A stretch of DNA of 64,000 nucleotides from a virus. The translations under genes were made by a program, and so were the position numbers. Below, piece after piece: positions 30,372-39,900 of this stretch. The DNA lies in the IMG/VR virus record IMGVR_UViG_3300042691_053605, positions 32,001 to 96,000 of that record; one strand, 5' to 3'. The notes below the pieces were generated by a model. The model did not search any database, was not told where the DNA came from, and was given only the letters and a program-made list of their open reading frames with translations. Position 1 is the stretch's first letter. Every line of letters starts with the position of its first letter.

Positions 30372-31090
30372 TACAAAATGTTTTCTTGAATTGTTTGTGG
30401 ATGATAAATGTAAAAAATCTTTTCGGCAAGTTGTATCATGGCCTTAACGTCCTTTTCACAGTAGGCGACAACTCGATCAACTTGGCCGTCCCAATATACT
30501 CCATGTACCACGCTGCCATCAATATCATCTTTAGGAGTAGGAATTCCCATGCCAAAACAGGCTTCCTCAAATGTTACATCAAGAGAAGAACCGCTTTTCC
30601 ACATTTCTTTCATATCAAAAATGTTCATTTCCCACGGCTTCTTCTCATAAGAACTTAAGCAATTAGGAACCTGAATTCCGTTCATTAAGAGACGACGAAC
30701 AATCCATGGAACGTCAAAGTTTTTAATGTTCCAACCGGTTGGTATTAGGCCAGCAGAATCTGCTTTATGAAAAAGATTTGCAACTTTTTTCAAGAGCACC
30801 GTTTCATTTTCATCAGCAATGCTTTGGATTTGAAAGTCGCCATCTTTCCAGATTCCATAAGAAACGCAAGCAATTCTACCAAATTCTGGAAAAAGCGCTA
30901 CATTTTCTAAGAAGTCATGGTCAGGATCTCCTTTCCAGCTTTTTCCGTTTTGAAGTCGGTTACTCTTTTTTGCGAAGATTTCTCGTGCAATTTCTCCGCG
31001 GTCTTCAACCAGCTGCGACATATGCTTGCGTTGACCGCATGTTTCGATATCGAAGAACAAGAATTTCTTAAATTTTTCCCGTGAATACAT
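30371..31090 (-). CDS. Stand-alone DnaQ/PolB-type 3'-5' exonuclease
   Basis: ExoI FFDIET, ExoII GWNIKNFDVPW, ExoIII YCEKDV. Confidence 0.85.
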   Translation of the reverse strand: MYSREKFKKFLFFDIETCGQRKHMSQLVEDRGEIAREIFAKKSNRLQNGKSWKGDPDHDFLENVALFPEFGRIACVSYGIWKDGDFQIQSIADENETVLLKKVANLFHKADSAGLIPTGWNIKNFDVPWIVRRLLMNGIQVPNCLSSYEKKPWEMNIFDMKEMWKSGSSLDVTFEEACFGMGIPTPKDDIDGSVVHGVYWDGQVDRVVAYCEKDVKAMIQLAEKIFYIYHPQTIQENIL

Positions 31091-31113
31091 ATTATGAATT
31101 TATTATTTAGTTC

Positions 31114-31139
31114 TTTTATACTGGGATTGTATAAAGTTT
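31114..31139 (-). promoter_or_regulatory. Class B promoter-like motif (leftward)
   Basis: AAACTTTATACAATCCCAG-TATAAAA upstream of the exonuclease. Confidence 0.6.
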
Positions 31140-31143
31140 TCCA

Positions 31144-31169
31144 AAACCTTTTTCCAGATGTGTATAAAA
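31144..31169 (+). promoter_or_regulatory. Class B promoter-like motif (rightward)
   Basis: AAACCTTTTTCCAGATGTG-TATAAAA upstream of the + strand operon, back-to-back with the leftward copy. Confidence 0.6.
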
Positions 31170-31226
31170 TAGATATCGGAAGAAGGTAGGAATGAACTAT
31201 ATTCTAAGCACTAACAACCAACTAAT

Positions 31227-31496
31227 ATGAACGATAAAGACTTAAGAGCTATGGCTCAAGCACAAAGCAGACTTGATTTGTCTGACGCCCCTTGGCACGC
31301 ATGTGAAAAAGGCAATCTATTATATGATTACTCTACTATGTTTAAGAGAGTATCTCCACTTATTTCGCCCACCGGTAATGAAGAATTTGCTGCCGCTGAA
31401 GTTATTCTTTGCAAAACTTGCGGAAAGATTCCTCCATTCTTTGCAGAAAAAATGGGTGAAGTTCCTGCCGAATTAAAGTCAGATTGCACAAAATAA
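31227..31496 (+). CDS. Small putative zinc-ribbon protein
   Basis: HACEKG...CKTCGK; SPLISPTG motif. Confidence 0.65.
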   Translation: MNDKDLRAMAQAQSRLDLSDAPWHACEKGNLLYDYSTMFKRVSPLISPTGNEEFAAAEVILCKTCGKIPPFFAEKMGEVPAELKSDCTK

Positions 31497-31500
31497 TTAA

Positions 31501-32247
31501 ATGGCGCAGACAAAAATTCTAGCCATATCTTTTGCCTTCAATGAAATTAATTTCATTAAGTTAAAAAAACAATGGTGCAAAAATGAAAATATTGATCTCT
31601 ATATTATAGACAATATTTCTAATGATGGCACATGGGAATGCTTATTGGAGCAAGGCATTTCATGCCATCAATTTGATACAAATGGCGAGTTTCACCTAAA
31701 TAAGCTCCAGGATGAACTCATTAAAACTGTTCATGCTATTAAGCCTGATTGGATAATTTATATGGGCGCTGATGAATTTCTTTTTTCTCCAAATGGAATT
31801 AGAAAAGATATAGAAGAAGCGGATCGGCAAGGCTATACTGTCATAAATAATAAAACTTTAAACTTTCACAATACCGGTGAAAACTCAGACTTACATATGT
31901 TTGAAAAGTTTTTTTATTATAGCGATTACGGAACTCAGGTCAGAATAAAAAAGTACTCACCTAACATATCTTTGTGGGCTGACTATTTTGTAGGCGATAC
32001 AAATATCAAAAAATCGTCGGGATTTTGTCTTGTAAACTATGGAGATACAAAAACCGCTGCCGAGAGAGAAGAAACTCTTAAACGCAGAGAAAAAGCCTGG
32101 GCAAATAATCTGGATAAAAATTTTGGAAATCACTACGTAAAAGGGAAAGCAAAAAACTGGATCTGGGATAAAACCGAGCTTATCGATATTCGAACTACTA
32201 ATTATTCATGGGTTTTGCAAAAACTTAAAGAACTGAAATCCCTTTAA
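31501..32247 (+). CDS. Glycosyltransferase family 2-like protein
   Basis: FAFNE, IIDNISNDGT and WIIYMGADEF (GT-A DxD-like). Confidence 0.75.
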   Translation: MAQTKILAISFAFNEINFIKLKKQWCKNENIDLYIIDNISNDGTWECLLEQGISCHQFDTNGEFHLNKLQDELIKTVHAIKPDWIIYMGADEFLFSPNGIRKDIEEADRQGYTVINNKTLNFHNTGENSDLHMFEKFFYYSDYGTQVRIKKYSPNISLWADYFVGDTNIKKSSGFCLVNYGDTKTAAEREETLKRREKAWANNLDKNFGNHYVKGKAKNWIWDKTELIDIRTTNYSWVLQKLKELKSL

Positions 32248-32663
32248 TGAAAATAGGTCAACACCAAAAGATCCGCGTAGACCGTTCCTCTATACATGGT
32301 TGGGGCGTTTACGCGGATGAAGATATACAGTTAGGAGTACTTATAGAATCCGCTCCTGGAATATCTGTCCCATTTGAAATACTCAAGCTATGCTATTACA
32401 TTTTAACATCAGATGGAATCCCACCAGAAGAATTGGTGCTGGATCAATACGGAATAGGTTGGCCAGGAGAACGGGTTCTCTTTCCGCTAGGATGGGTAGG
32501 CCTATACAACCATTCAGATTGCCCATCTGCGGAATTTGTGTTTCTGCCCGAACCCAATACCGTTGGAATACGGTCTCTAAGAGAAATCGCCGCAGGCGAA
32601 GAGATTACTGTTAACTATGGAGAGGAGTGGTGGGAGCGGAAGAGCTACCTCCAGAAATCTTGA
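32247..32663 (+). CDS. SET-domain protein-lysine methyltransferase (vSET-like)
   Basis: SIHGWGVYA, LYNHSDCPSA and GEEITVNYG SET motifs; no post-SET cysteines. Confidence 0.9.
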   Translation: MKIGQHQKIRVDRSSIHGWGVYADEDIQLGVLIESAPGISVPFEILKLCYYILTSDGIPPEELVLDQYGIGWPGERVLFPLGWVGLYNHSDCPSAEFVFLPEPNTVGIRSLREIAAGEEITVNYGEEWWERKSYLQKS

Positions 32664-33372
32664 GTTCGTATTCGTCAAAGGCGTCCTCGATTTCAATGAT
32701 GATGCTATTTCTTACAATATCCTCTTTTACAAAACTCATTACGCCAAATCGCGATTTTTCCTTAAATAAGTCCATCACCACTTCAAGAGATGACAACTTC
32801 TTATTTTTAAGATCAATCTGTTTGGTATCTCCAATAATAACCATTTTGCTGTCTTCACCGATACGGGTCATGGCAGTTCTCATGTTTTTTAAGGAAACAT
32901 TTTGAGCCTCATCTAAAATGATAATTGTATTATCAATGGATCTTCCGCGAATATAGGCTAATGGAAGTATCTGAATTACTTCTTTCTCCATTAACTTATT
33001 AGTAAGCTCTTTTCCAATGATCTTATGAAAGTTATCTAAAAAGGACTCCATCACTGGTTCCATTTTATCTTTCAATGTTCCTTTTAGAAATCCTACATCT
33101 TCTCCTTCGGTTACGGTAACGCTTTTTGCAATAATAATCTTTTTGTAAAAATTATTGTTGTCTGCTAAGAGTTTAAGAGACTCTGCGCAGGCTACATAGG
33201 TTTTACCGGTTCCGGCTGGTCCTCCACAAATTACGATATCCTTTTTGTGAATGAGTCTGCTTAGCAGCCTTTGGTTTTCAGTTTTTGCAAGGAAATTTAC
33301 CTTGACTGTTGCTGGCTGTTCGTACTGAACTGCCTCAGGCTTAGTAGCCTGCTTTGTTTTTCTTGCTGCCAT
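32611..33372 (-). CDS. phoH: PhoH-like ATPase
   Basis: GPAGTGKT, GFLKG, YIRGRSID, ILDEAQN, TRIGEDSK, GDTKQID, DIVRN. Confidence 0.95.
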   Translation of the reverse strand: MAARKTKQATKPEAVQYEQPATVKVNFLAKTENQRLLSRLIHKKDIVICGGPAGTGKTYVACAESLKLLADNNNFYKKIIIAKSVTVTEGEDVGFLKGTLKDKMEPVMESFLDNFHKIIGKELTNKLMEKEVIQILPLAYIRGRSIDNTIIILDEAQNVSLKNMRTAMTRIGEDSKMVIIGDTKQIDLKNKKLSSLEVVMDLFKEKSRFGVMSFVKEDIVRNSIIIEIEDAFDEYELKISGGSSSAPTTPLHS

Positions 33373-33927
33373 CTATACTTTTACTGTTTCCACTTTAACA
33401 TCAGACTCTTTCTCGAGTTCCTTTGCGTGGTCTAGGTTTTCTTGGTTATCGTCAAAAAAGATAAAATCGTGGTAGCCATCGGTTATCAGTCCACGAAGTG
33501 CCTCAGATTTTCTCTGAGCAATGCTGCCTTTGAATCCGTATTTAGGATCATTAACTGCAATAACTAGGTCCGGGTGAATATCAATACCATTTTCCAGGAA
33601 AAAAGTTCTAATCATACTCGAAGAAGACCGTGCTGTAAGTATACAAACATGTACGCCTTTTTTGTAATAGTCTTTCAATTTTTCCATTACATGCGTAATA
33701 AATTCTGCTTCACGGAGTACATCAATACTTTCAAAATCACTAAAAGAAAGCGAATGCTTTTTAGGATCCATCTTAAAGAAATTAAATTCCGCGGGAGTTA
33801 GCGATTTGATAACCGCGCCTTTACGATTAAGAACTTGAATTTTTGCAGAAGATATGATTAAGGTGTCATCCAAATCGAAAACGGCAAGTTTTCCTGCTTT
33901 GGTACCTTTGATATTGGCCTCGTTCAT
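33373..33927 (-). CDS. HAD-superfamily phosphatase-like protein
   Basis: VFDLDDTL, ILTAR, conserved Lys, FFDDNQENL. Confidence 0.8.
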   Translation of the reverse strand: MNEANIKGTKAGKLAVFDLDDTLIISSAKIQVLNRKGAVIKSLTPAEFNFFKMDPKKHSLSFSDFESIDVLREAEFITHVMEKLKDYYKKGVHVCILTARSSSSMIRTFFLENGIDIHPDLVIAVNDPKYGFKGSIAQRKSEALRGLITDGYHDFIFFDDNQENLDHAKELEKESDVKVETVKV

Positions 33928-33936
33928 AATTTTGTT

Positions 33937-33945
33937 TTATTTATC
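33937..33945 (-). promoter_or_regulatory. Class A late-promoter-like motif (GATAAATAA)
   Basis: 9 nt upstream of the HAD start codon. Confidence 0.5.
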
Positions 33946-36900
33946 TCAGTTTGCTAGGTAAACTTCTAGATAGTTTGGATTGTACTTAGTCTGAGTATTT
34001 CCATTACTATCGGTAATACTTAATTCTAAATCATACAAACCAGTTTCCATAAATGTCCAAAGGAATGACGGATCAATTACAGAACATACTTTAGTGCCAT
34101 CATGGTATAAATTCCATCGATAAGAAGTTTTGCCTGCAATATCCGACGCGTCAGAAGTAAAGAGCACCGAAGCGCCAGCAGGAATTTTCTTTTCCGCTAC
34201 ACCAATAGTGGAATCTTCCCATGTAAACGCAGAATTAATAGAATCTTCATACAAAAGTCTCATTGACTGCCATTGTTTAGTTCTGCTCCAAATTTTTGAA
34301 TTTGTAGGCTGAAACTTAAATGGAAGACTTAAAGGAACATACGCATAAAAAGTAGAACTGCTACCGGAACCGGCAATTTGAGGGCCGTTTGTATACAAAA
34401 TGTTATCATTTACAGAATTTATTGCGGTTCGGCTATTTTCAAAAAAGGTAGTTGTGCTGGTATTTCCAAGATACATTCCCTCATATAGGGTTCCACCTGA
34501 AGTTTGAACTACCACATTTGTCAACTCATATTTATTATAGTCATAAATTAATGCGGGATCTTCTGAGTAATCTGCGCTAAAATATACAGCGGTCTTTCCA
34601 AGTATTCCACGAGTTTTGTCCACTAAAACGCATTCAAAACTTTGGCTTTCTCCATCGCCATCGGTATCGGCAATATAAATTTTAAGATAATCTCCAGATG
34701 ATACTGCGGGAACCGTTGTTGTTAATGGAGTAATGAAACAAAAATCATCATACTCGGTAATTGTAATATCGGCAGACGGGCTGAAAAGTACTTCAACTCC
34801 TGCAGAATTGTATACCTTAACCAGGGCTTTAGGCCTAAACGTTTCAAAATTGTAAGAATTCCAGGAATTTCTTGCGTAAAAGCCGTAGTAGTCCTCGTCA
34901 TTTGTATAGTTTTCAAAAGACGGATTATACGGCTGACCGGATTCCTGTAAGAAAACCTGTGGAGCGCGATAAGGTGCAGCAAATTGTAGTAGACTACTAT
35001 CCAGGCTGCCGCCATAAAAACTATTCCAGTCTTTTACCCAGTTAAAGAAATTTCCTAACGGCAGAGTGTTACCACCATTGCTGTATTTGTTTTGTGTAAT
35101 AAATGCGTAGTTTTGATAGAAACTCATATCAATATTTGGAAGACCTAAATTGGTATATCCTAATAAATCTGTTCCTGGAGTTTTCCCCTGTACTGTAACA
35201 TAATAATTTGCATTAACAAGACCGCTATCACGTACAATTTTTACCAATGAACTTCTGTATGGATAAACCTCAAGACACATATAATTACTTGTTACGCCTG
35301 CTACTTGATCCAGAGTAATACTTTTAACAAATCCGTTTTCTCGTACAATCTGTCCAATGTTTGGCCCAAATTCGCCTATTACGCTGGAAGTATTTGGATC
35401 GTAAATATACCCTCCAAGAGGTAAACTGTCTCTATAACCTACAATATTAGTAATAACTCTGCTATTGGATTCAAGATTTCCGTGTATTACGCATGCCGGG
35501 ATCCATGGTCTAGATCCTACGGCGGCAGAGGTTGCTCCTATCAATATACTTGTAGGCGAACTATTAAAAACGTACCACCCAGGTTGAATGCCTTCTGCTT
35601 GTATTGAGCTTCCTTGTAATAAGCCTGTGAGTGAAGAAGTATCTCCAAACATAATATTGTTTGCAGGATTCCCCCAAGAAAACACACCGTAATATATGTG
35701 TTGGCCGTCTCGCTCTTCTACATTGTAATAAAATTTGGAAAGACCTGGGTTTTCATTTCTTTTTATGGTTCCGGTGGGATCATAAAAATTATTGTTTAAC
35801 AGGTCTGACATATATGTTGTTACGACAGAAGCGTCGGGCGGACACCCTGACAAATCAATTTCATACGGAATATCTTCATTAAATTGAATAGTCTGGCCTG
35901 CATAATTTGAATCATCATCTACCGCGATACGCGTGCTTGCAGGAAGCGTATAGTTCCAGTCAAGCGTGGTCCAGGTTTGTGAACATGAGTTTTCCCAATT
36001 CAGAGTAACTGCTTCATCCCAAGCAGTCTTTGTACCTAAATGTGTTTCTGCGTAGTCTTCATCAAAATCAGTAGCAGATTCTTCAAAAGTAGAGTCACAA
36101 CGATAAAGTTCTTGATCATCATCATTTAATGTTAATATGCTCCAACCGGTATTTCCTAATTGTCCTACATTTTCCACTCTTAAAGAAAAATCGCCTTCTG
36201 AAATTCCATGATCGTAATACCAGCCTTCCCCGGTTGAAGTATCTGCAGGGAATTGAGTTGAACTTTCAAATGCAGGATATATTGGATGCGTATTGAAATC
36301 CATTGTAATCTCTAAGTTACTCAAAGAATTTGCCGAAGAAAATGTTCTTGTTGGAAACACATCATATTTGTATTCAATCCAAGTTTTATATCCATTGCTT
36401 AAATAATCCTGCAAAAGGCCTTCTAGCTCATTCATTTCTTTCCCATCAATAGTTGCGGCTTCAATTGCCACAACACTTGAAGGAGAATCTGACCAAATAT
36501 CCCATGGATGCCCTTGGTTGCTGGTAACTTCGTACATATTAATTGTACGGAAATGTTGTTCGTATACTACACTTGTAGGAACAAATTCCGTAGAATTGGA
36601 AATTTCAATTACGCTTCTTTCACCTGTTGAAGATTTTACAGCTGCAGCATACACATTGCTTCCACAATAGGTTAAATCAGTTATCGGCATACCTGGAGAA
36701 ATTGTTGAAGGCTCATACTGTACAGGCGCAATTGGCGTTTGACCGGAAGAAGTGCTTGAAAGAGGAAATACTTCTATTTCACCGGTATTTTCATAAGAAA
36801 CATATAAAGAATTTGTATTTGCATTATACGCTAATTTTTTAGGAATTGGCCTATTTAATAAAGTAGTATTGATTGTCGCAGTTGACCATGCCAAATTCGG

Positions 36901-39900
36901 TCTTTTTGAAAGCCTCATTTGCATGGATGAATTGGCGGCCAAAAACCAAAAATTAACGGTAGACTCCGCGTAATCTTTTAATGTGCCTGGCCCGTATAAA
37001 GGAAAGCTCGCTGAAGACACGTTAGAAACGTTTGAGGTCGTTGGATCCAAGTTAATCGCATAATAGCCTGGCAAAACGTTATTACCTATGATTAATCTAG
37101 AAGCGCTTAGATTTGCGGTACCAAAAAAGTTTACGTAATTTGTAGCATTGTAAAAAGGTCCTGTTGCGGTTCCAGTGTAAGTCCTTTCATATGTTTGTAA
37201 ATTTGTTGATGGATTAATTACGGACAAACCAGCAATACCAGGTCCAGACGTAAATGCAGGATCAAAATAAAACACATATATTTTATTTACCGTTCCACCA
37301 ATATAACTAACATTTCTAATCATAAGAGGATTAGCTCCGGTACTTGCCGGTTGGGCATTGGAGATTACCACCAGGCTGATAGCTAAACTTGCACAGTTAA
37401 TCCGTGTTAGCCTATTTGACCCAAATTCCCAGCAATACATACAATCAGCACCTGGAACGTACACCATACCATCAATAGTGCCAGGTCCAGCCACCGTAAA
37501 ACTAGTGGTTGTCATAGTAACGGTATTGACAATATCCACGGTTACCCCATTTCCGTAAACCCAAAGTTCTTTATTTGAAGGAGTATCACGAGCTACCATT
37601 TTTGCCTCTTGCGTACTATTGCTTAGAGATGCTGAACGAAGCTCTGTATAGTATTCATTAGCCTCGCCCACAATTAGAGAAATTTCAGTAAACCCTGGAC
37701 GAATTTCAGTTAACGGATCTGCTGTTGTAACATAGGTTCCGCTTCCAGATGTATTAATGTAAAACATTGCCCGGTTACCCCAGTTAAATTCTGTAGGGCT
37801 TTCTAACTTTTCTAGAGTTACCGCTGTAGTTACTGCGGAATTTGTAGGCCATGGAGTTACTAACAAATTTCCGTTAGGCCCGGTCAAATTTCGATATTTG
37901 TAAATTTGGCCGTTTACCCATTCTCTACCTACAAAAGAGTCATTTGCAAAATTAAGTAGTTCTATTCCCGAGTCATCTCCAGAAATTGGATCTGCAATTT
38001 TACTATTAATTGGAATTCCCCATTTGTACGGAGGCTGAGACTTAAGAGTTCTGCTGTTATTTAGAGGAGTATCATTGTTTCCTTGTAATCTTACATATTG
38101 TCCAGGAGTTAAAGTTTTTCCATTGTCTGGTGTATAGAGATCATCCTTAATAATCACAGTATTTCCAATTTCACGAAGGCATTCCCAAGAAGTTGGACTC
38201 ACCTCAAAATTCTGTGGCCATGTAAATCCAGAGTCTAAAACAATTGTAATGTTGGTTCCGGTAATAGAAGAGCTAACAACCTCTCCTTGAAAAGTATTTC
38301 CGTCTCTTCTAAAGAAAATCCATTCGCCTGCTTGTGGAAGAGGCCGTGCTTGTTCATCCGTTAAAGCAATTATTACCGAAGGCGTTGCAGAATTAAATGA
38401 AGAAACATTTCCTATTTTATTATCATACGCACTTACGCGATACACTTCCTTTAGAGGATTCACTGGAAAATTCCAATTGTTTTCTCGTGAAAGCGGAGAA
38501 ACATATAGGCTGTCCCAGAGTATATCACAGTCATCCCATGCGGTCCAGGTTTTGATAGGGTTTACCCATCTTCCCCAGAATTCATCCCACATAAAAATTC
38601 CTTCATCCCAAGTATCAACGCAATTTTGTTCCAGCTGCAATATATTTGAATCCGAACCCGCGTTTCCATCTTTGTGTGGAAGACCTGGTTTGTATGATGG
38701 ACCTATAAATCTGGTGGCATAAGAAGAAATTGCCTCGGGCATATAAACCTCAATGTAGTTTCTTTTTATCTCATTAACCCAGTTATTATCGGTGTCATAT
38801 ACTATAAGTTCTACACGGTAAAACCCTTTGTACGGAAGAGCAACCCTATGATTTAAGTGGTTATCAATACTGCTTCTGCCTGAAGTATATGTAAATGTAG
38901 GAGTTCCGTATTCGGAATCCACTTTCCATTCCATTTCGTAAAAATTACCACGGCCAATTTCATCCCATGTATACAAAACAGAAGTGTGCCCGCCGTAAAT
39001 TTTTGCTCCCGGAGAGTACAAATACCCGTTTCCGCCAGCGGTTAATCTAGCACCTTCATGCACATATATTGTTTGAGGACTTGGATTTGAAAAATTTGTG
39101 GTAAAAGAAGTAACATCAATGTAGGCTCCTACAGGATCTACATTCGTAATAACAGTTGGCTTTGGAATACCATCACCTACTACCATTGAACCCACATTGT
39201 ACGGCTGTGTTTGTGGAGCAACGTTAAATGTAGTAAAAATTCTTGAAGTTGTAGGACTAAGCACGCTGATGCTTGTAGCAGTTGCCTCTATTATTTGTAA
39301 TTTACCGTTTTCTAATTTAGTTACCGCGGTGGCTCCTATACCATCACCTCCTACAAATTCAATTGAAGGCGTTAATGAATAGCCGCTTCCTTGCGATACA
39401 ATTTCCACCGCAAGCACTGCCCCTGAAGTTATAGGATCATCATCAATGTATACATTTAGGCTGCCATCTTCCGCGCTCCATAAATCGTTCCAGCTAAACG
39501 CCATTTCATCCCAGGTAACCTCAAATCCTAAAGCAGTCAGATCCACAAATGCCGCAACCGGTGCTCCACTTTCATTGGTATTTCCTGTTTCTGGAACGCC
39601 ATCAAAATAGCCAACCTTTGGTCCTGGTACCAGTGTTTTTGCAATGTCATATGTTATTGCAGGTGTAGCAGAGGTTACCGGATCTATTGCAGTTAGTGTA
39701 TAATTTGAAAGAACTGGATATCCTTTACCAATGGTAGTAGTTTTTACGCCTTCCAAGGAATAATTAATATCATCATATGCAAGCTTAAACCCGGTTCCAG
39801 AACCTGATACATAAGCAGCATTTCCGTATAGCGTTGTATATGTTAAGCTACTTAACTGTGAAAATGCTTGAGGTAATTGCAAATATCGGCTATCCTGATT

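Noticed and set aside
31115-31135. Hairpin TTTATAC-N7-GTATAAA as a terminator or operator
   Set aside because: The stem is weak and AT-rich, and it overlaps the class B promoter motif, which explains the sequence.
29505-32663. Eukaryotic virus (NCLDV) or eukaryotic origin suggested by SET and NEIL1-like genes
   Set aside because: The flanking genes are T4-like baseplate, primase, SSB and a peptidoglycan endolysin, with operon-style overlaps.
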